Source: an uncultured Clostridia bacterium | Lineage (GTDB): Bacteria > Bacillota > Clostridia > Tissierellales > Sedimentibacteraceae | NCBI GenBank assembly: GCA_964421845.1 | Contig: CAYQYY010000007.1 | Coordinates: forward strand, 46,804-110,803 | Direction of reading: 5' to 3' | Length of the DNA: 64,000 nt | Part shown: one piece after another, positions 18,452 through 27,873 of the stretch | How the letters are laid out: each line of letters starts with the position of its first letter | Position numbering within the stretch: the stretch's first letter is position 1 | Notes under the pieces: model-generated | Databases searched by the model: none | What the model was told of the DNA's origin: nothing | The model's input: only the letters and a program-made list of their open reading frames with translations | Made by a program: the position numbers and the translations under genes

Positions 18452-19021
18452 ATGAGTGATGGTCTTGCTTGGGCAATAATTATTTTAGTTCCAACAGCAT
18501 TTATATTAATAATTGTTTATGCAGTTAATAAATCAAGTAAAGATAAAATTATTGTTTCAGAAGCAAGTAAAAATTTATTTGCGACTTATGATAAGGTTAT
18601 TGTGCTTAGTGAAAACATAATAAATGGTATTTTTACTTATGTAGCATTTGATAATAAAAACAGAAAATTGATAATACAATTATACAATACTGCAATTAAG
18701 TATATTGACTATGATAAAATTGTTGGTGTTGAATTAATTGAAGATGGTTCAACAAGTTTAAGTTTTGGAAATATTATAGGTGGTAGTATTTTAGCTGGTG
18801 AAGCTGGTGCTATAATAGGTGGTATGAATAGAAAAGAAACAGTAAGTAATTTATCCATAAAAATTAGTTTAAATGATTTTAATACACCTTCTTATGAACT
18901 TATCATGTTTACTGGTGTAAAGGTTAAAAAAAGTGAAAAAGTTTATATTGAATCAATAAAACATTCAAATGAAATTATTGATACAATTAAATATATCATA
19001 AATAATAAACAAAAAATATAA
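18452..19021 (+). CDS. Membrane-anchored hypothetical protein (one N-terminal TM plus Gly-rich hydrophobic segment)
   Basis: ATG at 18452 follows a GGGGGTAG RBS. TM AWAIIILVPTAFILIIVYAV. GNIIGGSILAGEAGAIIGG segment. Confidence 0.55.
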   Translation: MSDGLAWAIIILVPTAFILIIVYAVNKSSKDKIIVSEASKNLFATYDKVIVLSENIINGIFTYVAFDNKNRKLIIQLYNTAIKYIDYDKIVGVELIEDGSTSLSFGNIIGGSILAGEAGAIIGGMNRKETVSNLSIKISLNDFNTPSYELIMFTGVKVKKSEKVYIESIKHSNEIIDTIKYIINNKQKI

Positions 19022-19041
19022 TTAAAGAGGGGTAGAAAAAT

Positions 19042-19281
19042 ATGTTTATTGAAGTAAAAAAAGGTGTTTTAATTAATGTAGATAACATAATAAGTTTTCA
19101 ATATTATAATGCAGATGATGATATTAATAAATTTACCATTGAAGCAATATTAAAAGATTGTGAAGGCATTATTAATGATGATTTGAATAAAAATCATAGA
19201 ACGGTATATATTGCAGAAAATATTGATAAAAAGAAATTTGAACAATTTTTAAAAGTTTTTGATGTTGTTAGTTTTAAATAA
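19042..19281 (+). CDS. Hypothetical 79-aa protein
   Basis: GAGGGG RBS. No motif recognised. Confidence 0.5.
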   Translation: MFIEVKKGVLINVDNIISFQYYNADDDINKFTIEAILKDCEGIINDDLNKNHRTVYIAENIDKKKFEQFLKVFDVVSFK

Positions 19282-19374
19282 AATTGTAATTTATTTATAA
19301 ACTTAAGTATTAAGACATTTCGCTAATAGGAGTGTCTTTTTTAATGCAAAAAATATAATAAAGGGGTAAGTAAT

Positions 19375-19668
19375 ATGTTTAAAAAATTAAGAATTAAATT
19401 ATTTAGAAAAAGTAAAAAGGAAATATATAAGGATATGCATTTTTTGTGTCTTGAAATATCAGATATTTTAGAAGAAATATCAGAGGACTTAGATGATTTG
19501 CATGAGTCAGTAAATGAAAGTTTGCGATTAACATTAATCGTTCAAGAACAATGTAATGAAATAATATCAAAAATGGAAAAGAACAACGACCGTAAAGTTG
19601 ACCGAACACTTGAAGAAATCGTTGATAATATTGAAAAGTTAGTAGGTAAAGAAAATGCAAGAGAATAG
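19375..19668 (+). CDS. Hypothetical 97-aa helical/acidic protein
   Basis: AAAGGGG RBS. Predicted coiled-coil composition. Confidence 0.5.
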   Translation: MFKKLRIKLFRKSKKEIYKDMHFLCLEISDILEEISEDLDDLHESVNESLRLTLIVQEQCNEIISKMEKNNDRKVDRTLEEIVDNIEKLVGKENARE

Positions 19669-19882
19669 AAGAATATATAGTTTGAATTTAATATCATATC
19701 TTACAAAACGAGGTGTATTATTAAATTTAGATGTTAATGCTGATGGTAAACTATTTGCTACTTGTAAAAATGACATTACTTATCTAATTGAAGAATATCG
19801 AAATGATAAAGAATTACAATCATTTTTACACAGCTATAAAATAATTAGAGATAAAATAAAAGAATTAAAAATACAACAATAG
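19655..19882 (+). CDS. Small hypothetical protein (DUF5659-like pattern)
   Basis: 75 aa. Overlaps the upstream ORF by 14 nt and is followed by a strong terminator. Confidence 0.45.
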   Translation: MQENRRIYSLNLISYLTKRGVLLNLDVNADGKLFATCKNDITYLIEEYRNDKELQSFLHSYKIIRDKIKELKIQQ

Positions 19883-19883
19883 G

Positions 19884-19912
19884 AGATACCGATAGTTTGG
19901 TATCTTCTTTTT
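19884..19912 (+). terminator. Rho-independent terminator
   Basis: AGATACC-gatagttt-GGTATCT followed by TCTTTTT. Confidence 0.7.
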
Positions 19913-19983
19913 AGTTAAATTAAAAGAAGATAAAAGATAATAACTAAAATTGCAAATACCAATTAAATTGGTTTGTGATTACA

Positions 19984-20556
19984 ATGCAATATGAATATAA
20001 GAGAGATGTTAATTGGAAAAAAGATTTAGCAATTGGAAGTAAACAAGAAAGTAAGTTTGAAATATTTATGAAATCATTTGGATATGTTGTTGAAGATGTT
20101 AGTAAAGTAAAAGAATATCAGCAGATTGATGTTGATTTTAAAGTTACTAATACAACAAAAGGTGTAACTAATTTATTTGAAGTTAAGCAAGATAAAACTT
20201 TGGCTAAACATGATTACGTTAGAAGAAGATTAATAATTGAGGACATATCAAGTGTTAAAGATAGATATGGCAATGTTGTTAATACAAATGGCTGGTATCG
20301 TAAATGTAAGTCTGATTATATAGTTATTGGAAATAATGACAGTAAGATGTATATGTACAAGTTAGCTGATGTTAGGGAATATATTGGTTTGTTTGCTGGT
20401 AATAAGGATAGAGTTATTTATTATCAGTTGGGTAATTCTATGATGTTTGGCTTGTATCAAAAGAAGTTTGATAGTTGGTTAATAGATAATAATAAGATTT
20501 GTAAGGTATTTTATTTGGATAGTAACAAATGTAGATGCAGAAAGGATGTGATATAG
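19984..20556 (+). CDS. PD-(D/E)xK nuclease-fold candidate
   Basis: QQIDVDFKV...(13 aa)...LFEVKQD fits the D...ExK restriction-endonuclease-like motif. Start is ambiguous (GTG 19975 or ATG 19984) and the RBS is weak. Confidence 0.4.
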   Translation: MQYEYKRDVNWKKDLAIGSKQESKFEIFMKSFGYVVEDVSKVKEYQQIDVDFKVTNTTKGVTNLFEVKQDKTLAKHDYVRRRLIIEDISSVKDRYGNVVNTNGWYRKCKSDYIVIGNNDSKMYMYKLADVREYIGLFAGNKDRVIYYQLGNSMMFGLYQKKFDSWLIDNNKICKVFYLDSNKCRCRKDVI

Positions 20557-20970
20557 ATGCCTAAATTAAGAGGTGCTGATGGAAAGTATAAACCAATCAC
20601 AGGGTTAAGTAATGAACAATCGCAAGCTATATTTATGTTAGTGTATGGTGATTATAAATATAATAAAGATATATATGAGGAATTAAACGTTCCTAAATCA
20701 ACATTTTACCATTGGTTTACGCAAGATTTATTTGTTGAGGAATTAACTAAAGCAAGAAATGCAAAGTTTAAAGAAATGAGTAATAAAGCATTGAAAAAGC
20801 TTGATGAACTATTGGATAGTCAAGATTCAAGAAGTGCTATAAGGGCTGTGGAGATGGTATTAAAAGAAAATAATCACTTGCGAGATAAATTAGACGTTGA
20901 TGTCAACACCACACAAGAAATAAAAATAACATTATTTGATAGTGAAAACGAAGAAGAAACAGAGGAATAA
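20557..20970 (+). CDS. terS: Terminase small subunit candidate
   Basis: 137 aa. HTH IYEELNVPKSTFYHWF and an acidic C-terminal tail. It is the last ORF before terL. Confidence 0.5.
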   Translation: MPKLRGADGKYKPITGLSNEQSQAIFMLVYGDYKYNKDIYEELNVPKSTFYHWFTQDLFVEELTKARNAKFKEMSNKALKKLDELLDSQDSRSAIRAVEMVLKENNHLRDKLDVDVNTTQEIKITLFDSENEEETEE

Positions 20971-21511
20971 CAGGTAAATTGGTTGAAAATGGGAATGTAT
21001 AAGGTTTGTATACTATTTGGACAAAATCATTAATTATGTCGCAAAATGAAGATTAGGTATCATAATCCATATTATAGTAAGTAAATAATTACATATAACA
21101 AGTATAATAAACGTTGATATTGCAAGGTTAATGATGATTATTCATTGTTTGCCTTGCTTTATTTATGGAAATGTATAAAATATTAGTGCTGATTTAAGCT
21201 AAAATAGCAAGTTTGAAATGTATATTGGTGTATATTTATTAGGATAAAAGCAAAGTTTTATTATAGGGGTTACCCCTTTATATTGAAAAGGTCGATTTAG
21301 TCATTGTAAAATAAGATACAGATATAAATTTAACCTTAACTAAAACTCACTACAAAACTTTTAAACAAACGCAATTATCCAAACGATTATTTACTCAACC
21401 AACAACTAAACTTAATAATTTACCCCTAAAACAAGCTAAAAAGGTAAGTAAAAGGGGTATCAGATACAGGCAGACATTGAAATATATGTTTGCTTTTTTA
21501 TATGTAAGTAG

Positions 21512-22747
21512 GTGAAGAAAATAAATATTAAAATAGATAAAAATGTATTTAATGAAGTATATCTTCCTTATATGTTTGATTATAAAACTCATAAAACGAT
21601 TGTTATGATGGGTGGTGCTGGAAGTGGTAAATCACACGCTTTGGCACAACTAATGGTGATAAAAGCACTTTCCAGCAAGAGAAAGATATTAATATTAAGA
21701 AAAATATCAGCAACATTAAAAGATTCTGTTTGGCAATTAATATTAGATACATTATCATTTTTTCAACTTTATGATGATTGTAAGATTAATAAAAGTGAAA
21801 TGAAGATAATTCTGCCTAATCAATCAATATTACTGTTTAAAGGTGTTGATGATGCTGGGGAACGCTTAAAAAGTATCACATCGCTGACGGACTGCTGGAT
21901 AGAAGAGGCAACAGAAATATCATTAGATGAGTTTACACAAATTAAATTAAGAATAAGGGCGAAAACGCCCAATAATCAGATATTTTTATCTTACAATCCA
22001 ATAGACCGTAACAACTGGGTTTACAATGCTTTCCACAATGAAGAAACAAGAGATAAGGTTGTTCACGTTGTAAAGACAACGTATAAAGACAACAAATTCT
22101 TGCCTGATGATTATATAGCTGAATTAGAAAACATGAGGGAAATTAACCCTTACTATTATCAAGTTTATGCTTTAGGTGAGTTTGGGACAACTTCCCTTAC
22201 AGTCTACAATAATTGGAAAGTTGAAAAGTTAGATATTCAAGAATTGTTAAAGCAGAATTTACAATTATGTTGTGGTCTTGATACAGGCTTTAACCACCCA
22301 TATGCGATAACAATATCTTTGGTGGACAAATCTAACAAGATAATTTATGTCATAGATGAGATGAGTAAACGAGGTATTACCAATGCTGATGCCTATAAAT
22401 GGATATGTGATAATGGGTATGGTGCAAATCAATTTATAGCTGATTCAGCATCTCCACGTGATATTGAAGAATTAAGACGTATGGGGTTAAGAATTAAAGG
22501 TGCAAAAAAAGGACACAACTCTGTAAAAAATGGAATCCAACGAATCTTAAATTACAAAGTAGTCATAGATGAATCAAATACTAACTTTATTGATGAAATT
22601 ATGGGATATGCTTGGAAGAAAGACAAAAATTCTAACTATACGGATGAAGTTAATGCTGTAAATGATGATAATTTAGACGCTTGGCGTTATTCGTTGGAAG
22701 GTGTATTAGATAGAAAGAAACCTAAGATACTTACAGTTAAATTGTAA
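21512..22747 (+). CDS. terL: Terminase large subunit (PBSX-type)
   Basis: 411 aa. Walker A MMGGAGSGKSHA, Walker B/coupling DCWIEEATE, C-terminal RNaseH-like nuclease part (GLDTGF...DSASP...DDNLDAWRY). GTG start. Confidence 0.85.
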   Translation: MKKINIKIDKNVFNEVYLPYMFDYKTHKTIVMMGGAGSGKSHALAQLMVIKALSSKRKILILRKISATLKDSVWQLILDTLSFFQLYDDCKINKSEMKIILPNQSILLFKGVDDAGERLKSITSLTDCWIEEATEISLDEFTQIKLRIRAKTPNNQIFLSYNPIDRNNWVYNAFHNEETRDKVVHVVKTTYKDNKFLPDDYIAELENMREINPYYYQVYALGEFGTTSLTVYNNWKVEKLDIQELLKQNLQLCCGLDTGFNHPYAITISLVDKSNKIIYVIDEMSKRGITNADAYKWICDNGYGANQFIADSASPRDIEELRRMGLRIKGAKKGHNSVKNGIQRILNYKVVIDESNTNFIDEIMGYAWKKDKNSNYTDEVNAVNDDNLDAWRYSLEGVLDRKKPKILTVKL

Positions 22748-22765
22748 TAACAAATAAAAAAGGAA

Positions 22766-24082
22766 GTGATTAAAATATTTTATATAGATAAAAATGTTGA
22801 ATTAACAACAGAACATATTAAAAAATATATTGAGATATTTAAAACTCAATACTTACCAAAATTAAAAACCAATAAAGCATATTATGATGCAAAAAATCCA
22901 CCGATTATGAATAGAGTAATGGCAGATCCAGACAAACCAAACAACAAGATTGCAGTTCCATATGTAAAATACGTTTCTACCCTGATTAATGGATTCTTTT
23001 TAGGTGGAAAAGCTATTAATTATACAATTCCAGATGAACAACTTGAAGCAATTATAAACGCAAATAAGGAAACTGAACAATCGCACAATATCGACATTGG
23101 TAAGAATTGTAGTATATACGGCGTTTCTTATGAATTATTGTACCTTAATAATAACAGACAATTAAAAATGACATTATTAAATTCAGAACAGGTAATACCT
23201 ATATATGATAATTCCATTGATGGTGATTTATTATATTGCATACGTTTTTGGGATGAAACTAACGTATTAGACAATAAAACAACAACAAATATTGAATTAT
23301 ACACAAATACTGATATAAAAATATTTAAGATGGAAAACAATTCAATATCTTTGGTGGAAGTTAAACAGCACTATTTTTTAACTTGTCCTGTAAATGTATT
23401 TAAAAATAATAATTCCTTAACTGGTGATTCAGAGTGTGTATTTAAGTTAATTGATGGTTTAGATGTCGCTTTGAGTGATACAGCAAATTTTAGACAAGAA
23501 TTAAATGATAGCTATCTTTGCATCTTCAATGGAAACTTGACAGATTCTGATTTAAGACTAATGAAATCAAATCGTATCTTCAGTATCGATAGTGACGAAA
23601 ATAATTCAGCGAGAATTGAATGGCTTAATAAGGATTCAAACGACACAGAGAACGAGAATTATAAAGACAGACTTGAAAATATGATTAAAAAGTTTTCATT
23701 TGTTGCCGATCTTGAAACTATTGCAACAAGTCATGTAAGTGCTGAATCAATTAAAAATGGCAGTTATGGAATTGAAGGAATTGTATCAGATAAAGAATCA
23801 TTTTTCAGACAAGCATTATTAAGACGTTTACAATTAATTTGTAATATTTATAATTTGTTCGGTAATGATTTTGATACTGAAAATGTTAAAATAACATTTA
23901 TTAGAAATATACCAAAAAATCTAAGTGCTATTGCCGACAACATAGCAAAATTAAAAGATACGGTTAGTACAAAGACACTTTTACAGCAAGTCCCGTTCGT
24001 AAATTCAGTATCAGATGAATTAAGGCAATTGGAAGAAGAAAAGAAACTTAATTACTACAATGAAAATACAAAAGATAATTAA
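22766..24082 (+). CDS. Portal protein (SPP1 gp6-like)
   Basis: 438 aa, immediately after terL. N-terminal KAYYDAKNPPIMNR resembles the SPP1-family YYxGxHxI region. Confidence 0.7.
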   Translation: MIKIFYIDKNVELTTEHIKKYIEIFKTQYLPKLKTNKAYYDAKNPPIMNRVMADPDKPNNKIAVPYVKYVSTLINGFFLGGKAINYTIPDEQLEAIINANKETEQSHNIDIGKNCSIYGVSYELLYLNNNRQLKMTLLNSEQVIPIYDNSIDGDLLYCIRFWDETNVLDNKTTTNIELYTNTDIKIFKMENNSISLVEVKQHYFLTCPVNVFKNNNSLTGDSECVFKLIDGLDVALSDTANFRQELNDSYLCIFNGNLTDSDLRLMKSNRIFSIDSDENNSARIEWLNKDSNDTENENYKDRLENMIKKFSFVADLETIATSHVSAESIKNGSYGIEGIVSDKESFFRQALLRRLQLICNIYNLFGNDFDTENVKITFIRNIPKNLSAIADNIAKLKDTVSTKTLLQQVPFVNSVSDELRQLEEEKKLNYYNENTKDN

Positions 24083-24248
24083 TCACCTTATTGGTGTTTT
24101 TTTATTGTCTTTTTTAAGTATTAGACGTTAAACAAATACTATAAAGGTATTGCTAATTTGCAATACTTAATAACTATCACTTACGAGGGATAGCCAATAA
24201 AAATTAGAAAAGGAATGTGCCACTTACGAGGGGTGCAAGGTATATAAA

Positions 24249-24794
24249 ATGGAAGATAATAAAGATAACATCAACGTTGATAATAAAGATAAAGATACTG
24301 ACACTATAACTATTTCTCAAGCTGATTTAGACAAGAAAATCCAACAAGCTATTTATGTGAATAGTCAAAATGAAAAGAAGAAGTATGAAAAGGAACTACA
24401 AAGACAAAAAAGTTTAATGGAAATGGATGAACAATCCCGTTTAATTGAGGAAAAGAAACAGCTTCAAGAACAATTAGCTGAAATTCAATTAACTAATTTA
24501 AAATATGAAACAGCAAAAGTTTTAAATAATAAGGGAATGAGTGCAGAGTTTGTAGATTTTGTAGTTGGTAATGATGCAGAAACAACACAAGCTAATATTG
24601 ATAAACTTGATAAATTGTTTAAAGCAGAAGTATTAAAAGAAGTAAGTAAAAGAGTTACTTCAACTGAAACAAAGAATAGCAATAATTCAAACAATAATGG
24701 AATTACAAAAGAACAATTTAGGAAAATGTCAATTGCTGAACAAACAAAATTGTTCAATTCTAATCCAGAGTTATATAAACAATTAACAAAATAA
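24249..24794 (+). CDS. Scaffolding protein (DUF4355-like coiled coil)
   Basis: 181 aa, Lys/Glu/Gln-rich helical protein, located between the portal and capsid genes. Confidence 0.6.
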   Translation: MEDNKDNINVDNKDKDTDTITISQADLDKKIQQAIYVNSQNEKKKYEKELQRQKSLMEMDEQSRLIEEKKQLQEQLAEIQLTNLKYETAKVLNNKGMSAEFVDFVVGNDAETTQANIDKLDKLFKAEVLKEVSKRVTSTETKNSNNSNNNGITKEQFRKMSIAEQTKLFNSNPELYKQLTK

Positions 24795-24803
24795 TAAATA
24801 CGG

Positions 24804-24845
24804 ACAGCTTGAAATGATATATAGCTGTTTTTTTAATGGAACAAA
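24804..24845 (+). terminator. Rho-independent terminator after scaffold gene
   Basis: ACAGCT-N23-AGCTGT followed by a T8 run. Confidence 0.6.
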
Positions 24846-24875
24846 TAAAAATTAAAAATAAGGATGGTACATAAA

Positions 24876-25661
24876 ATGGCACTATACGAAAATTTCATAT
24901 TAGAAAATAAGGTTAAAGGATTTTTAGATACTCAACTTAATATGGGACAATTTTACACTCACGACGATTCATTAACAGAGAATGCAGGATTAAAAAAAAT
25001 CGTAAATGTTTATGATGCAGTTGGTTCAGTAGAAACGCTGGCAGTTGGTGTTGGAAATGATGAAGCTAATGATGTAGCTGTTAGCTTTACACCTGTAGAA
25101 TATGAAGTAGCTACAACTCAAGGTCGTCTACCTTTGTTTGATGAAAATATTATGCAAGACCCTATGTCTTTAGATACAGGTTTATCAAAATTATCTGCTG
25201 AAATGGTAAATGAAATTAATTCAAAATTCATTACAGAATTAGGGAAAGCAACTTTAACTTCTGAATATCCAACTACAGGTATTACATTTGATGCAATTGT
25301 AGATGGACTTGCTAAAGTTGGGGAAAATGAAAGTGGATATTTCCTATTAATTAACGTAAATCAACGTGCACAGTTAAGAAAGAATTTAAAAGATTCTTTA
25401 CAGTATGTTGAAGCATTTGCAAGAACTGGATATATTGGTTCTGTTAGTGGTGTTAACGTTTACACTTCAAATGCAGTTCCAGCTGATACAGCTTATCTTG
25501 CTAATCCTGAAGCAGTAACAGTTTTCACAAAGAAAGCAGTTGAAGTAGAACCAGATAGAGATGCTAACACAAGAAAAACAACTTTTTATGTTAGAATGGT
25601 TAATGTAGTTGCAAATACTGATTTAGGTAAAGTAGTTAAATTGACAAAAGCAGTAGCATAA
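24876..25661 (+). CDS. Major capsid protein candidate
   Basis: 261 aa from ATG 24876 (AAGGATGG RBS), preferred over ATG 24864. Sits after the scaffold gene. Composition is typical of small HK97-fold capsid proteins. Fold not verified. Confidence 0.6.
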   Translation: MALYENFILENKVKGFLDTQLNMGQFYTHDDSLTENAGLKKIVNVYDAVGSVETLAVGVGNDEANDVAVSFTPVEYEVATTQGRLPLFDENIMQDPMSLDTGLSKLSAEMVNEINSKFITELGKATLTSEYPTTGITFDAIVDGLAKVGENESGYFLLINVNQRAQLRKNLKDSLQYVEAFARTGYIGSVSGVNVYTSNAVPADTAYLANPEAVTVFTKKAVEVEPDRDANTRKTTFYVRMVNVVANTDLGKVVKLTKAVA

Positions 25662-25668
25662 ATAATTT

Positions 25669-25699
25669 AGGGTGGGGTAATACTCACCCTTATTTTTTT
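25669..25699 (+). terminator. Rho-independent terminator after capsid gene
   Basis: AGGGTG-gggtaatact-CACCCT followed by TATTTTTTT. Confidence 0.7.
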
Positions 25700-25722
25700 A
25701 ATAAATAAGAGAGGTGAATAAA

Positions 25723-26016
25723 ATGACACCAACGGAAAATATTCAAACATTAACAGGTTTTACAGATACAGCTAAAATTGATGTATTAATTTTATTGACT
25801 AAAAAAGAAATAGAAACATACACCAAAAGAATATATGATACTTTGACAATGGATTCTCTATTAACTGAAATGGTAGTTTTCAAAGTGCAAAAATTAGGCA
25901 ATGAAGCAACTAAGTCGCTAACATATAATGATACAACTCAATCATTTTTGACTGATTATCCTACACCTATTTTAAGACAATTAAACGAGTTAAAAAAGAG
26001 GGTGCGTTTGTTATGA
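25723..26016 (+). CDS. Head-tail connector / DNA-packaging (gp6-like) protein candidate
   Basis: 97 aa from ATG 25723 (AGAGAGGTG RBS). A short helical protein directly after the capsid gene. Confidence 0.45.
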   Translation: MTPTENIQTLTGFTDTAKIDVLILLTKKEIETYTKRIYDTLTMDSLLTEMVVFKVQKLGNEATKSLTYNDTTQSFLTDYPTPILRQLNELKKRVRLL

Positions 26017-27608
26017 TTGGACACCAAATATTAGAAAACAAACTAATTAATCAATATAACAAAATGTATGATATATTCGCACAAAATAACGTCTTAAAAC
26101 TTAATTTAAGCAACGACAATGTTATTCAAGGGTTAATACAAGACGTAAAATCTGATAATGTTAATTCGACCTATAAAAAGGAGATTATAACACCTTATAA
26201 CACATTAAAGACTGGGGATTATATAACTCATACTTGTAATGGTAAAAGTATAAATTACATTTTAGAAAGTCAAATAGATACTGAAATAGGGTGCGATAAG
26301 GCATATCTTTTGGAATGTCCACTATCAATAAAGATTTTTGACTGGAATTATACAGATATACGAGAATATCCAATAGCATTAAAAAATAATAATGCAAGTT
26401 TAGGGGTTACTGAAGGTGTAATTTCAATTACAAATAATTCAAGTTTTGAAATAATAATGAAGTATGACATACATACCAGAAGTTTTGTCAAAAGTGATAA
26501 TTTAATAAATGGCATAGAACACGCTAAAATAACAAGGATACTATTAGATGGTTTAGCTTTTAGGGTTATAGGTGTTAATCACTTAATATCTAAAGGTTTA
26601 TTAGTAATATCTATTGAAACCACAAACATAACACCCGCCGATAATCTTGAATTAGGTGTTGCAGACTATACAACATATTACAGAGAACCTATTGATTATA
26701 ACGGTTTAATTGATGCTGAAATATTGAAATATGAACAAAATGCCACGATAACAAAAGATGTTTTAGCAAATATGGATATTTCAAATATTGTTAAGAAATT
26801 AAAGACAGGACAAACAGCTAATAATAATATTACTGTTAGTATATCAGCAGTTGGAGATAATGGACTATTAATTTTAAATGATGGTATAATTCGACTTAAA
26901 AATCAAATTTCTTTTGAGGATGATATAAATACAACAACAGTTACTTTATCATTCCTTTATGGTGGAATTACTAAAACTTTAACTGTAAATGTAACGATCG
27001 AAAAACAAGACAAAGTAATTACTGATGAAGATATAGTTGTCGCTGAAATGCCGAAGTATGAAACTACTGCTTTTATTGGTAAAGATGTTATTGCTGGTGA
27101 AGATATAACTTCATTAATTTTAAGGTTGAAAGCAGACCAGATAGCAAATCCAGAAGTTGATACTTATATTTCTTATGTAGATACTGACAATTTATTGACT
27201 TTAACTAATAGAGTAGTAACACTAACTAATGTAATTCCAGCGACAGCCACAGACAATGAAACCGTTGCAAATATCAGCTTTGTAAAGGGTGAAGCATTAA
27301 GGACAATTTCAGTATTTGTTACAATCGAAAAGCAAGATGATGTTGCCCCACCAGACTTGGTTATAACTGGCGAATATTTTGATATTTATAATGGAGATAC
27401 AAATGATTATAGCATTAATACAACTGACCCTGTTTATTGGAGTTTAAGAGGTGAAAATGCAAGTAAATTTACACTTAATACTAATGGAACAGCTAATACT
27501 TGTAGTGTTACTGCTGGAAGTCAAGTTAAACAAGGTGTAAATGTTACCCTTGTAGCCATTGTTAATGGATTTGAATATACAGTTGAGATAATTGGATTAA
27601 GTTTTTAA
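26013..27608 (+). CDS. Structural repeat protein (two ~95-aa tandem repeats plus C-terminal Ig-like domain); possible head fibre, adaptor or minimal tail
   Basis: 531 aa. Repeats both end in VTIEKQD (nt approx 26715-27011 and 27045-27338). The C-terminal ~85 aa look Big_2/Ig-like. ATG overlaps the upstream stop (ATGA). Confidence 0.5.
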   Translation: MIGHQILENKLINQYNKMYDIFAQNNVLKLNLSNDNVIQGLIQDVKSDNVNSTYKKEIITPYNTLKTGDYITHTCNGKSINYILESQIDTEIGCDKAYLLECPLSIKIFDWNYTDIREYPIALKNNNASLGVTEGVISITNNSSFEIIMKYDIHTRSFVKSDNLINGIEHAKITRILLDGLAFRVIGVNHLISKGLLVISIETTNITPADNLELGVADYTTYYREPIDYNGLIDAEILKYEQNATITKDVLANMDISNIVKKLKTGQTANNNITVSISAVGDNGLLILNDGIIRLKNQISFEDDINTTTVTLSFLYGGITKTLTVNVTIEKQDKVITDEDIVVAEMPKYETTAFIGKDVIAGEDITSLILRLKADQIANPEVDTYISYVDTDNLLTLTNRVVTLTNVIPATATDNETVANISFVKGEALRTISVFVTIEKQDDVAPPDLVITGEYFDIYNGDTNDYSINTTDPVYWSLRGENASKFTLNTNGTANTCSVTAGSQVKQGVNVTLVAIVNGFEYTVEIIGLSF

Positions 27609-27621
27609 GGGTGGTGAGTAG

Positions 27622-27873
27622 ATGGATTTTAATGCAATATTAAATACTTTTGGTTTTCCAATTTCTGTGGCTATTGCTTGTGGTTGGTTTATATATAAAA
27701 TGTATACTGATAGTACAAAGCAAAATCAAGAACGGGAAGAACGTAATTATAAAGTTTTAGAAAAATTTTCAGTATCAATTGATAAGTTCGCGGATATTCT
27801 TGATGGATACGAAAAAAAATTATCAACAATTGAAAATGATGTTAGGGAAATAAAGATTATTGTAAATAAATAG
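27622..27873 (+). CDS. BhlA/UviB-family holin-like protein
   Basis: 83 aa. Single N-terminal TM FGFPISVAIACGWFIY followed by a charged coiled coil (QEREERNYKVLEKFS...), the BhlA architecture. Confidence 0.55.
   Translation: MDFNAILNTFGFPISVAIACGWFIYKMYTDSTKQNQEREERNYKVLEKFSVSIDKFADILDGYEKKLSTIENDVREIKIIVNK

Noticed and set aside
21395-21592. 65-aa reverse-strand ORF spanning the terL start.
   Set aside because: Ile/Phe/Tyr-rich translation of AT-rich DNA. It overlaps the terL start region on the opposite strand and has no RBS.
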